Positions 1-10,940 of a stretch of DNA of 64,000 nt are shown here, in pieces. A program made the position numbers and the translations under genes. Position 1 is the stretch's first letter, and each line of letters starts with the position of its first letter. Source of the stretch: Armatimonadota bacterium (lineage in GTDB: Bacteria > Armatimonadota > SYMT01); contig JAWLHY010000021.1 in NCBI GenBank assembly GCA_041690135.1, positions 1 to 64,000 of the forward strand. The letters run 5' to 3'. The notes beneath the pieces are model-generated. The model was not told where the DNA came from, did no database searches, and was given only the letters and a program-made list of their open reading frames with translations.

Positions 1-107
1 GCCCCCTCCCGGCCGTGGTGGGACCGACCAGTACTCCGACCGCGTGACAGATACCCCCGAATGGCTCTGCTCGCTCGCAGATTCGGGGTGAATCATGAAT
101 CATGATC

Positions 108-139
108 TCCAGGGCGGCAAACTCTGTTTGCCGCCCTGG
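108..139. terminator. GC-rich hairpin downstream of ahcY, probable terminator
   Basis: CCAGGGCGGCAAAC-tct-GTTTGCCGCCCTGG perfect inverted repeat about 105 bp past the ahcY stop; no clear U-tract on the minus strand. Confidence 0.55.
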
Positions 140-244
140 ACCTCTTTCAAACCCGCGCGGTAGAACCCCGGTGGAGGGAGCTACCCTGCCTGACGCGGGA
201 CCGGATTACAGGCAGGGCAACCGTTCGGGTGGTTTGGATCTTCT

Positions 245-1747
<1,503 letters not shown>

Positions 1748-1769
1748 CGGTTCTCCTTGTTTTCGTTGG

Positions 1770-1876
1770 GTTGAAGGTTAGAAGTTGAAAGTTGAAGGTT
1801 GAAAGTTGAAGTCCCCCTCGGGGCCAGGTGTTGAAAGTTGAGGGTTGAAGCGGCCCTCGGGAGCCACGGGTTGGAA
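1770..1876. repeat. Heptamer tandem repeats (GTTGAAR) with interspersed CCCTCGGGGCC units
   Basis: GTTGAAG-GTTAGAA-GTTGAAA-GTTGAAG-GTTGAAA-GTTGAAG, then ccctcggggccagg, further heptamers and ccctcgggagcc; a related inverted copy lies near 57258-57322. Confidence 0.8.
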
Positions 1877-1877
1877 G

Positions 1878-2906
1878 CTAGACATCTCGAGCACCGGCTG
1901 TCATTTTCTTCCTCTCTCCGTGGCCATCTCCGTGTCTCCCATACGGGCAAGCTTGTGTCTCCGTGGTGAGTTTTCGGGCAGTAGCCGCGAAGAGCTGCGG
2001 ACCGCGGGCGTCCGGGTCCGGGGGCAACGGAAGCAGGCGGGTCGATCCCAAGCCAGCCTGGGTGAGATAGCGCGAAATCTGTCCTTCGGAGAAGCCCAGC
2101 CAGACGTGTCCCATCTGTTGCTGATACTCATCTCGTTCATGCGGAAGCATGTCGACGATGAGCAGCCGGCCGCCGGGTTTCAGCGCGCGAGCCGCCTCCG
2201 CAAGTACGCGAGCCGGGTCGGGAACATAGTGGAGGACCAGGATCGCCAGAGCGGCATCCAATTCCCCGTCTCGCACCGGCAGAGCCTCGAGTTCACCCTG
2301 TCGCAGGCTCACATTCTCCGCCCCCGCGAGGCGTTCCGATGCGGTCTCCAACATTTCGCTCGATCCGTCGACCGCCACGACCTGGCGCACGAACGGCGTT
2401 AACAGTTGGGTCACGCGCCCGGAGCCGCACCCCAGATCTCCTACGGTCCAACACTCGTCGAGCAGGCCCAGCAGCGCCTGACAGTGAAAGGTTCGGCCGT
2501 AAAGCTCATCCCGCAGGTGGTCCCACTGGGCCGCCGTGGAGGAAAAAAACTCTCGCGACTTGGAACGGCGACTCGCCAGGACCTCCGCAAGCCGCTGATC
2601 ATCCTGATCGGTTTCGGGAAGCTGCGCCGCCACCAGGTTCCACAGGCCGCGCGCATCGTCCGCCAGTTCCTCGCCGGCCATGCTGTAGAAGCGACTCGTG
2701 CCGTCCCGCCGGGAAGTGACCCAGGCATCGTCAAGGAGCGTCTTCAGATGACGGCTAACGGTGGACTGGGGGAGCTGAATTACGGCGCAAAGCTCGGAGA
2801 CGGTCAGCTCATGCTGTGCCAGAATCCGCAGCATGCGGCAGCGGGTGGGGTCCGCAACCGTTACCATATGCTTGAGGATCGCTGGCTGTGTCATGAGGGC
2901 ATTCAT
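1878..2906 (-). CDS. sahR: ArsR-family HTH + SAM-methyltransferase-fold regulator (SahR-like); start at 2906 or 2894
   Basis: ADPTRCRML...ELTVSEL...QSTVSRHLKTL HTH, then VGDLGCGSG SAM-binding motif; lies directly upstream of ahcY as in known sahR-ahcY operons. Confidence 0.85.
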   Translation of the reverse strand: MNALMTQPAILKHMVTVADPTRCRMLRILAQHELTVSELCAVIQLPQSTVSRHLKTLLDDAWVTSRRDGTSRFYSMAGEELADDARGLWNLVAAQLPETDQDDQRLAEVLASRRSKSREFFSSTAAQWDHLRDELYGRTFHCQALLGLLDECWTVGDLGCGSGRVTQLLTPFVRQVVAVDGSSEMLETASERLAGAENVSLRQGELEALPVRDGELDAALAILVLHYVPDPARVLAEAARALKPGGRLLIVDMLPHERDEYQQQMGHVWLGFSEGQISRYLTQAGLGSTRLLPLPPDPDARGPQLFAATARKLTTETQACPYGRHGDGHGERKKMTAGARDV

Positions 2907-2951
2907 CCGTCCATCCGGATATAGTGTTGCACGGGCCAGGGCTCCTGTCAA
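2903..2951 (-). promoter_or_regulatory. Sigma70-type promoter and candidate SahR operator
   Basis: Minus strand TTGACA (2951-2946), 17 bp spacer, AACACT (2928-2923), immediately followed by the 20-bp inverted repeat tcATCCG-tccatc-CGGATat (2903-2922). Confidence 0.65.
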
Positions 2952-2967
2952 CCGGCAATTACTGCGG

Positions 2968-3229
2968 AGGAGCGCGGGCGTCCCGCCCGCCAGCGGAGAA
3001 GGTTATCCGCGAATAGCGCGAATGAAGCGAAAGGAAAGGGGCCGTGCTGTACACCTGGCGGAGTACACCCGGCGCAGCAAAGGGGAAAGTGTCGTCCCCA
3101 AGCAGGGTCACGCATCCTGATCCGGATCGTATTCCGGTAGCCGGGATGTGGGGCAGGCAGCGGGTTCGATCGCGATTGCGATCACGATCACGAGGATGGG
3201 ACGCGAGTGGGGCGGGCGTCTCGCCCGCC
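2968..3229. repeat. Cluster of REP-like palindromes and short tandem repeats
   Basis: GCGGGCGTCCCGCCCGC (near 2974-2990) and GCGGGCGTCTCGCCCGC (near 3212-3228); CGCGAATAGCGCGAATGAAGCGAA; CGATCG/CGATTG/CGATCA hexamer run. Confidence 0.55.
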
Positions 3230-3282
3230 ATGGTAGAGTGAGTAGACGCGGAGTAGAGGGCGGGGCTTAGAGGAGGTTCCTG

Positions 3283-4512
3283 GTGCACTCGGTTTTTCAT
3301 CACGCTCGTTTCAGGCCCAGCAAGCGGCCGCAGGCAGTCCGGGTCATGGCGGCCCTGTTCGCCATGGGGCTGATGGTCCCGGGGAAAGCGCTGCAGGAGG
3401 AGCCGCCTCCGGCCGCCGACACGGGCCAGAAGATCGACTGGGAGGGCTGGAGTTTCCGCTGGGCGATCCGTCGCCGGGAGGGTCCGGTGCTCACGGACGT
3501 TTCGTTCCAGGGGCGGCCCGTGCTCAAGTACGCCGCCCTGGCGGAGATCTTCGTGCCGTACCACCCGGGAAAACCTCGCCCTGAGGATTTCCGCGATGGC
3601 GTTGGAAGCAACCTGGCCGAATTGATCCCTGGCAAGGATTGCCTTCCGGGCACCACCTGCCAGATGCTGAATGCCCGGGGCAAGCCCGAGGGGAAACGGG
3701 TCGTGGGCATCCACGAGGAAGCTACCGGACCGCTGTACGTGGGAGACCGGGGTCGCGCCTACGGGAAGATGCTGGTCCTCTGGTGCGCTTCGCGGTTAGG
3801 CGGCTACACCTACTTCATTCGCTGGCGCTTCCGCAACGACGGCTTCATTCTCCCCGAGGTGGGCTTGACCGGCCAGTTGGAACACACCCAGGCAGGCCCC
3901 CCGCCCCCGGGACAGGGCAGTGTCGTCGAGCGGAAAGTCGGTGGCCGTCAACTCCACGCCCCGGCTCACGTCCACAACTTTTATTACCGGCTCGACTTCG
4001 ACATCGACGGCCCCGAGCATGATACGGTGGAGGAGATGACCCACCGGCAGGATGTTCCCGGCCGCAGCCTGTCCTCGCACGATTTCTGGACGCCGATCAC
4101 CCGCGAAAGTGGTCGGTCATTGGACGCGAACGCCTTCCGAAGCTGGCGAGTAGTGGACAAGTTCTCCACCAATGCCCTGGGCCATCGCCGCTCGTTCGAA
4201 TTGATCCCTGGCGGCAACGGCATCTTCCGGGGCGGGGAAGGGGAGCCGTTCACACAGGCGGACCTGTGGGTGACCCGGCATCATCCGCGGGAGTTCCCCT
4301 TCACCGCGGCGGATCCCCGGGCGCTGAAAGATTCCCTCCACACCTACTTGAATGACGAACCCGTGGACGGTGAGAACGTGGTGGTGTGGTATTCCATGCA
4401 TGTTCACCACTTACCGCGCACCGAAGACTGGCCGGCGATGCCGGTGGAGTGGATGGGCTTCCGGATTGCCCCGCGGGACTTTCTGGACAGCAGTCCGCTC
4501 CAGCCGCGTTAG
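3283..4512 (+). CDS. Secreted copper amine oxidase-like protein (catalytic domain only)
   Basis: AGGAGG RBS before GTG; signal-like N-terminus; EIFVPY, WRFRNDG..EVGLTG, HVHNFYYRLDFDIDG and HHLPRTEDWPAMP match the Cu amine oxidase enzyme domain. Confidence 0.8.
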   Translation: MHSVFHHARFRPSKRPQAVRVMAALFAMGLMVPGKALQEEPPPAADTGQKIDWEGWSFRWAIRRREGPVLTDVSFQGRPVLKYAALAEIFVPYHPGKPRPEDFRDGVGSNLAELIPGKDCLPGTTCQMLNARGKPEGKRVVGIHEEATGPLYVGDRGRAYGKMLVLWCASRLGGYTYFIRWRFRNDGFILPEVGLTGQLEHTQAGPPPPGQGSVVERKVGGRQLHAPAHVHNFYYRLDFDIDGPEHDTVEEMTHRQDVPGRSLSSHDFWTPITRESGRSLDANAFRSWRVVDKFSTNALGHRRSFELIPGGNGIFRGGEGEPFTQADLWVTRHHPREFPFTAADPRALKDSLHTYLNDEPVDGENVVVWYSMHVHHLPRTEDWPAMPVEWMGFRIAPRDFLDSSPLQPR

Positions 4513-4575
4513 AAACCGATCAAAGAGAGGACTTGCGCCGCCGGGGGCGAAACAGGAAGACGAGGAGGAGAGACC

Positions 4576-6186
4576 ATGTTCGCACGCTGGCTAACGGTCG
4601 TGACGGCCCTCTACATCCTGATACCGGGCGAGGCGCGAGCCCAGAATCCGAAGGTCACACTCAAGCTCTCGGAGGTTACCTGCCAGGAAGCGCTGGAGGC
4701 CTTGAGCAAGGCGACAGGCGCCATGGTCCAGTTGTACGAGCCGACTCTCCCGCCCAACTTCCCGCGCCGCCCGCTCAACCCGGTCCTCGCCGAGCGGGCC
4801 AGTTTCAACTGGGAAGGGGTCACCTTTGCGAACGCACTCCGCGCCCTGTGCGCCCGGTACAACCTGCGGCCCAACCGTCGCGGGTCCGGCATCCAGCTCT
4901 ATCCATCCGGAGCGGCGCCCGCAAAGGAGCAAGAGAAGTGGGTGGGGCTGGCGGAAAAGGACGGTCACCGGTTCTTCGCGCGCTCGGTATCCATCAGCGA
5001 GCACCAGACGCGCAGCCTGCAGTTTACGAATGACGGTCCCCAGTTCGGCGGCGGCAGCGGTTATATGTCTCTCAACCTCGGAGGGGTGCTGGGCGAACTG
5101 GACGCTTCGACCCTGGCCGGGCTCGATAACGTGACAGCCGTGGACGACCTGGGCAACCGGATCGAGTGGAACGCGCGGAGCGGCTCCTACTACTCGTCAT
5201 CCTCGGGGTTCGGTGCCTATCCGGACGAGTGGGCGCACACCCTCTCCTTCAAGTCCCCCCATCCCAAGGCCGGAAAGATCGCCTTTCTGGAGGGGGATCT
5301 CATGGTCTACCGGAAAGTCGAAAGGCAACGGTTGGAAATTCCCCTGCCCCTGGCGGAACGCGTGGTGCGCAAGCAAGTGGGGGATACGGTGGCTCTCTTC
5401 TCCGAGTTTAACCAAACCGGCGCAGCCAACGAAATGGCGGAGTTTGGAATCCCCGAACTGGCCGAAGCGGTCCGCGTCGAAGGGCCAGGACTGCGAGTCC
5501 GGATCGCCGCTCCCAACGCAGAAGGTCCCTGGACGCAACCGGATGCGCCCACGCTCATCGGCAAATCGGGGAAGGCTTACTACGCGAACTCCCGCAGTAG
5601 TTCCAGCAGCGGCCGCGGCAACTGGCGCGTGTGGGACTGCAAGTACCAGTTTTCCGGGATTACGGAAGAGCCTAGCCACCTGGTTTGGGAAACGGTCTCC
5701 CGCAGCGAGCCGGTGAAGCAGTTCCGCATCCGCCTGACGGACATTCCGCTACCGGCCGCACCCGCCGGCGCGGCCCTTACGGGACCGGACGCTCCGGTAG
5801 ACCGAAAGCCAATCAAGCTCCCAGAACCGCCGCTGCCGGACCATCCATTTGCAGTGCGAGGCGGCGGCACGCTCCTCTGCAAAATCGAACGGGGCGGAAA
5901 GCCGGTGACCGGCGGCACGCTCTCGGTCGGGCTGGCGCCGGTTGTGGCAGGGAAAGCCGGGGCCATCCGCTGGACCGATATCCCGGTCGATTCGATGGGG
6001 GTAGCGACCTTGCGAATGGTGAAGCCGGGTACCTATCGGCTGTATCGTAAATTCCGGGCGGCCAACGCCACTGGGCCGGCGCGTTCGACCGGCTGGCAGA
6101 ACACCATCACCACCGTCACCCTCAAAGCGGGACAGGAAACCACGGCCCTACCGCTTCGTCCAATAACTGCCGGTGCCAGAGAGTAG
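4576..6186 (+). CDS. Hypothetical secreted protein (possible STN-like N-terminal domain)
   Basis: GAGGAG RBS; signal peptide ending ARA-Q; VTLKLSEVTCQEALEALSKATG resembles STN-type domains; long ORF in a co-oriented cluster. Confidence 0.7.
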   Translation: MFARWLTVVTALYILIPGEARAQNPKVTLKLSEVTCQEALEALSKATGAMVQLYEPTLPPNFPRRPLNPVLAERASFNWEGVTFANALRALCARYNLRPNRRGSGIQLYPSGAAPAKEQEKWVGLAEKDGHRFFARSVSISEHQTRSLQFTNDGPQFGGGSGYMSLNLGGVLGELDASTLAGLDNVTAVDDLGNRIEWNARSGSYYSSSSGFGAYPDEWAHTLSFKSPHPKAGKIAFLEGDLMVYRKVERQRLEIPLPLAERVVRKQVGDTVALFSEFNQTGAANEMAEFGIPELAEAVRVEGPGLRVRIAAPNAEGPWTQPDAPTLIGKSGKAYYANSRSSSSSGRGNWRVWDCKYQFSGITEEPSHLVWETVSRSEPVKQFRIRLTDIPLPAAPAGAALTGPDAPVDRKPIKLPEPPLPDHPFAVRGGGTLLCKIERGGKPVTGGTLSVGLAPVVAGKAGAIRWTDIPVDSMGVATLRMVKPGTYRLYRKFRAANATGPARSTGWQNTITTVTLKAGQETTALPLRPITAGARE

Positions 6187-6199
6187 GGAAGGAGCTCCG

Positions 6200-8224
6200 G
6201 TGGTTCATCTGAAAGCACTGGGGGTGACCGGAGGGGCGATCCTTGGGCTTTGCCTGTGTACTGCGAGTTCGCTCCAGTCAACTCCGGAGGCTACCCTTCT
6301 GGCGGAAGGGGGTCGGAGTCGATACTCCCTCTTTGTTCCCGCAGACGCGGCACCCGCCGTGCAACTGGCAGGAGAGGAACTTGCCGCCGGGCTCGAGCGA
6401 ATGAGCCACTCCCAATTCCAGGTGCAGCGGGGCGGTCGCCCTCCGAAGCGATCGATCATCCTGGAGTGTCCTCCCGCAGCCAAGCCTGGGGAAGACCGCG
6501 GGGAAGGCTACACCATAGCCCTGGAGGCGGAACAGATCCGGATCCGGGGTGAGCGACCGCGTGCCGTCTTGTTCGCGGTTTACGACCTGTTGGAACGCCT
6601 GGGCTGCCGCTTCCTGTCTCCAACATTCGCGTTTTTCGCCGACGGTGCCACGGTCGTCTCACAACATGACAGGTTAGTGCTGAAGCTTCCGGCGGCTATC
6701 CGCAGCCGGCCGGCGCTCGCCCATCGGAAGTTGTACGTGGAGGAAGGCATCTCGCACTCTCCGGAAACGCTGCAGGCGATAGCAGCATGGATGCCCAAGG
6801 CCCGTTACAACACCCTCGTCATTCCCACCGATTACCAGGGACGAGGCAAAGTCCGTTGGGATAACTGGCGGCGGAGATTGACACCCCACCTGGAGCGTCG
6901 CGACCTAGTCATTGAGGTCGGAGGCCACGGCTACCAGAATTTCCTGAACGCCGAGGCGGACGGCGGAAAGTGGTTCCGCGAGCATCCCGAATGGTTTGGA
7001 CAAGATGCCGCAGGCGTACGGCAAAAGGCTCGCTCGCGGGTCTTTTGCACGTCCCAAGCGAGTGCGCGCCGCTTCGTTATCGATCGGTACCTGGAGTATG
7101 TGACGCAGCGACCGGAGATCCGAACATTCGACTTCTGGCCACCCGACGGCGCCCGCTGGTGCGAGTGTGCAGTGTGCGCGGCGATGGGTAGCCCTTCCGA
7201 ACGCCAGGCACAACTCGTCAACGAGGTCCGCCAGGCGACCGCACGGGTACGGCCCGATCTGCGCCTGGAAGTCCTGGCATACAGCACCTCCGTTACGCCG
7301 CCCGAGGATACCGAACTCGACCGCCGGATCCTTCTTGACTTTTGCCCGATCGCCCAGTCATTCGAGAAGCAGATTTACGAGAGCACTACCGGCCCTAACG
7401 CCACGTACGCTGCAGGGCTGACCGCGTGGCGGAAGGCTTTTGACGGCGAAATCAGTGTCTATACTTATTACCGGAAGTACGCGTGGCGCTCGCTGCCGGT
7501 GGTGATTCCGCACTACATTCAGAAGGACCTTCGTTGGTATCAACAGCTGCCTGTCCAGGGGGTTTCCACATACGCGGAGCCGGGAGACTGGGGCGCCTAT
7601 GAGTTGAACCACTACGCACTGGGCCGACTCGCCTGGGATCCGGGCATCAAGGTAGACGGGCTGGTAAATGATTTCTGCCGCGCGCGATACGGCACGCTCG
7701 CCGGGCCGGCGCGAGAGCTTTTGCTTTCTATGGGAGAGGCCCTTCGAACTCACGGGAGCATTCCCGGTACGACCTTAAAGGCCGCCGAAGCGGTAGCGAC
7801 CGTGCGCCAACGTCTTCAGAGAACGCGAGATGCCTTTATCGCATCCGCAAAATCTTCCATCGCTACTCTCGAACATGCTGAGCTTTCAGTAGGAAACATC
7901 GATCAACACCTGGGAGCTCCGCAACGTTTGATCCTGATGGCAGACTACGCGCTCCGCGACCTGGAGATTCAGGAACTGCGCGCCCGGAAGGCTGCGCCTA
8001 CGGAGCTCAAATCCCGAATTGCGTCGCTTTCGGCCTTTCTTTCTGGGCCGGACGGACGAACGCCCGTCCAGTTGCTTCCAGAACAGTCGCCGGTGAAATG
8101 GATGGAGCTAGCACAGCAAGTCGCGGCCCAACTGCGAACCTATCCTGGCGCCGGGGTGTTCCTGGTCCATTCGCGGTTCGAAGTCCCGCGCCTTCTTCGC
8201 AGTTATGGGCTCTCCGCGCGATGA
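6200..8224 (+). CDS. DUF4838-domain protein with GH20/GH67-like N-terminal domain (putative carbohydrate-active)
   Basis: GTG after AAGGAG; EGYTI...IRIRGERPRAVLFAVYDLLERLGCRF; HPEWFG, FCTSQ, PDGARWCECAVC and LAWDP motifs. Confidence 0.75.
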   Translation: MVHLKALGVTGGAILGLCLCTASSLQSTPEATLLAEGGRSRYSLFVPADAAPAVQLAGEELAAGLERMSHSQFQVQRGGRPPKRSIILECPPAAKPGEDRGEGYTIALEAEQIRIRGERPRAVLFAVYDLLERLGCRFLSPTFAFFADGATVVSQHDRLVLKLPAAIRSRPALAHRKLYVEEGISHSPETLQAIAAWMPKARYNTLVIPTDYQGRGKVRWDNWRRRLTPHLERRDLVIEVGGHGYQNFLNAEADGGKWFREHPEWFGQDAAGVRQKARSRVFCTSQASARRFVIDRYLEYVTQRPEIRTFDFWPPDGARWCECAVCAAMGSPSERQAQLVNEVRQATARVRPDLRLEVLAYSTSVTPPEDTELDRRILLDFCPIAQSFEKQIYESTTGPNATYAAGLTAWRKAFDGEISVYTYYRKYAWRSLPVVIPHYIQKDLRWYQQLPVQGVSTYAEPGDWGAYELNHYALGRLAWDPGIKVDGLVNDFCRARYGTLAGPARELLLSMGEALRTHGSIPGTTLKAAEAVATVRQRLQRTRDAFIASAKSSIATLEHAELSVGNIDQHLGAPQRLILMADYALRDLEIQELRARKAAPTELKSRIASLSAFLSGPDGRTPVQLLPEQSPVKWMELAQQVAAQLRTYPGAGVFLVHSRFEVPRLLRSYGLSAR

Positions 8225-8288
8225 ACGAGTGGTTGGAGAATGAGGTGCGGAGACCGTTCGCATCTCATCTGAAGGAGGTCTGTATCCT

Positions 8289-9293
8289 GTGACGGAGCCC
8301 TTACTGTCGGTCAAGAATCTGGAAGTCGAGTTCGATATCCATGGGCGGCGTGCCCGGGCGGTGGACGGTGTATCTTTCGACCTTGCCGCGGGCGAGGTGC
8401 TGGGCGTGGTCGGGGAGTCCGGATGCGGAAAGTCGGTCTCGGCCCTCTCCATCATGCGCCTCATCCCGCAGCCTCCGGGCCACGTACGTGGGGAGGTGCG
8501 GTTCCAGGGACGCGACCTGCTAGCCCTCCCGGAAAGAGAAATGCGGGAAATCCGCGGCGGGGAGATCGCAATGGTCTTCCAGGACCCGCTCTCTTCGCTC
8601 AATCCCGTAATGACCATCGGCTACCAGGTGGCGGAGGCGATTGCTCTCCATCAGAAGGTGCCGATGAAGATTGCCTGGGAGCGCGCCGTCGAGATGCTGG
8701 GACGGGTGAAGCTTCCCGACCCGGAGGTCCGAGCTCATGCTTATCCGCACCAGATCAGCGGCGGGCAGCGGCAGCGCGTCATGATCGCAATGGCCTTTGC
8801 GTGCCACCCAGCCGTGGTCATTGCGGACGAGCCCACCACGGCGCTCGACGTCACGGTGCAGCAACAGGTGCTCGACCTGATGCTCGACCTCCGGCGCGAG
8901 CATCGCACGTCGATCATTCTCATCACCCACGACCTGGGCGTGGTCGCCGAGACCGCAGACCGGGTGATGGTGATGTACGCCGGGCGGGTCGTCGAGACCG
9001 GAACCGTCTACGAGATCTTCGACAAGCCCCAACACCCCTACACGCGCGCCCTGCTCGCGAGCGTCCCGCGCCTGGAGGGGGAGCGCCTCGAGCGGATGCA
9101 CGCCATCTCCGGACAACCGCCGGACCTCCTCTCCCTACCCACCGGCTGCCCGTTCCGCCCCCGCTGCCCCGAAGCCCACGACCGATGCGCCGCCATGCCG
9201 GAGTGGATCGAGTTCAGTTCCACGCACCGGGCGCGCTGCTGGCTCGCAGTTAACTCCGAACACTCACCACGGAGACACGGAGACACGGAGTAA
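8289..9293 (+). CDS. Oligopeptide/dipeptide ABC transporter ATP-binding protein (OppD/DppD-like)
   Basis: GESGCGKS Walker [22 protein letters not shown] and C-terminal GCPFRPRC...CW Cys cluster. Confidence 0.95.
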   Translation: MTEPLLSVKNLEVEFDIHGRRARAVDGVSFDLAAGEVLGVVGESGCGKSVSALSIMRLIPQPPGHVRGEVRFQGRDLLALPEREMREIRGGEIAMVFQDPLSSLNPVMTIGYQVAEAIALHQKVPMKIAWERAVEMLGRVKLPDPEVRAHAYPHQISGGQRQRVMIAMAFACHPAVVIADEPTTALDVTVQQQVLDLMLDLRREHRTSIILITHDLGVVAETADRVMVMYAGRVVETGTVYEIFDKPQHPYTRALLASVPRLEGERLERMHAISGQPPDLLSLPTGCPFRPRCPEAHDRCAAMPEWIEFSSTHRARCWLAVNSEHSPRRHGDTE

Positions 9294-9427
9294 ATCACGG
9301 AGTGGAATTGAGGGTACGAATATGCACCGTGAGGATAGGTCTTCGCGTGTGATGCGAAGGGAAATGCCTCATGCTCCCGGGGAAGACACCTGCGGCTCCG
9401 TGGTATTCTCCGCGTCTCCGTGGTGAG
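9263..9427. mobile_element. MITE/REP-like element with CTCACCACGGAGACACGGAG inverted ends
   Basis: Left end 9263-9302 and inverted right end 9396-9427 (CTCCGTGGTATTCTCCGCGTCTCCGTGGTGAG); half copies at 1916-1970 and 55604-55643. Confidence 0.65.
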
Positions 9428-9439
9428 GTCCTTTCAGAA

Positions 9440-10714
9440 CTACTCGTGGCGGATCGCTTCGATGGGGTCTTTTCGGGCGGCGGACATGGCGGGGGCCACG
9501 CCGGAGAGAATGCCGACTGCCACGCACACCCCAAAACCGAGCAGCACCGAGTCCACGGTGATGATGGGTTTCAGCGGCAACCACCGGGTGACCAAGGCAC
9601 AGACAAGCACCGCCAGGCCGATACCGAGGAACCCGCCTAATGCGGAGAGGGTGATGGCCTCGGAAAGGAACTGGGCAAAGATATCCCGCTTCCGGGCGCC
9701 CACCGTCTTCCGGATGCCGATCTCGCGCGTCCGCTCGGTCACGCTGACAAGCATCACATTCATGATCCCGATGCCACCCACGATCAGCGAGATGCTGGTG
9801 ATACCCAGCAACAAGGCTGCCAGGAGCGTGAAGATCTTGTAGAACATCGTCAGCAACTCTTTGGCACGGATCAAGGAGAAGTCGTCGCGATTGCGATGGG
9901 TCTTTAACACCGCCTGGCGAATGTTCTCCACCACCATGTCCGGGTTGCGGTTCGTATCCACTTCCACGAAGATCCGGTGCAGTAAGCTGATGCCGGTCGC
10001 CTTCTCGACCGCCTTGAGGGGCAGGTAGACGATGGCATCCAATTCCTCGCCGCCGAAGAGCCCGCTGCCGATGCTCCGCTCCTTCACCACCCCGACGACC
10101 TGATAGGGGGTATCGTTTACAGAGATCGTTTCCCCGATGGGCTCCTTCTCCCCGAAGAGGTCCTTGGCCACCCCCATGCCCAGCACGCAGAGCGGCTGAT
10201 CCAGCTCCTTCTCGGTGAAGAACCGGCCCCGATCCACCGTTAACTTGCGCACCGCGGCAAAGTCCGGGGTCACGGCGATGGGCATACAGATGCTCGCCGG
10301 CTTCTCGCCGTAGAACACCCCGCCACCGATGAACGTGAGGGGAGCCGCGTGCTTCACGCCGGGGACCTTCCGCACGGCCTCGGTGTCCGCGTGGGTCAGG
10401 TTGCTCAGTCCCATCCCACCCATCGGGTTGAAGTTTTGCTGACCCTGGAGCTTTCCGGGAACGACCACGGCCACGTTGGTGCCCAGCGTATCGATTTGCG
10501 AAGTGATCTCGTGCCGCGCTCCCTGACCGAACGCCACCAGGATGATGACCGACGCCACCCCGATTATCACGCCCAGGATCGTCAGGAACGACCGCAGCCA
10601 GTTACTGCGCAAACTCTCCAGGGCGGTGGCCAGGTTGACCCACAGAGCGGGTATCCGCAGGGCGCTCTTCTCCCTGCCCATCGGCCATCTCTCTTGCATC
10701 GAATCAGAGGACAC
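9440..10714 (-). CDS. MacB/FtsX-family ABC transporter permease
   Basis: RSFLTILGVIIGVASVI; SLIVGGIGIMNVMLVSVTERTREIGIRKTVGA; C-terminal DPIEAIRHE. Confidence 0.95.
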   Translation of the reverse strand: MSSDSMQERWPMGREKSALRIPALWVNLATALESLRSNWLRSFLTILGVIIGVASVIILVAFGQGARHEITSQIDTLGTNVAVVVPGKLQGQQNFNPMGGMGLSNLTHADTEAVRKVPGVKHAAPLTFIGGGVFYGEKPASICMPIAVTPDFAAVRKLTVDRGRFFTEKELDQPLCVLGMGVAKDLFGEKEPIGETISVNDTPYQVVGVVKERSIGSGLFGGEELDAIVYLPLKAVEKATGISLLHRIFVEVDTNRNPDMVVENIRQAVLKTHRNRDDFSLIRAKELLTMFYKIFTLLAALLLGITSISLIVGGIGIMNVMLVSVTERTREIGIRKTVGARKRDIFAQFLSEAITLSALGGFLGIGLAVLVCALVTRWLPLKPIITVDSVLLGFGVCVAVGILSGVAPAMSAARKDPIEAIRHE

Positions 10715-10940
10715 GCGGCAATCCTTCCTTCAACCGTCTTCCTGTGGTCTCTCCCGGATCTTCGCAGGGAACTTCGACCGGAACCGCGGGAAAGACCGGC
10801 GAGTGCGACTTCACCCTCAGCATATACGGTAAAAACCCCCACAGAAAGGTTCAAATGCGTCACGGGATCGGGCTTCTGCACGTTTTGAGAGGCGGTTATA
10901 ATTGACTGGCCCGACCGGCGCCGTGCCGCACCTCGCCCTG

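Noticed and set aside
1748-1877. SAH or SAM riboswitch upstream of ahcY
   Set aside because: No recognisable consensus; the gap is filled by heptamer repeats and a protein regulator is adjacent
8289-10714. OppD-like ATPase and MacB permease as one transporter
   Set aside because: Convergent genes from different ABC subfamilies; orphan subunits are common
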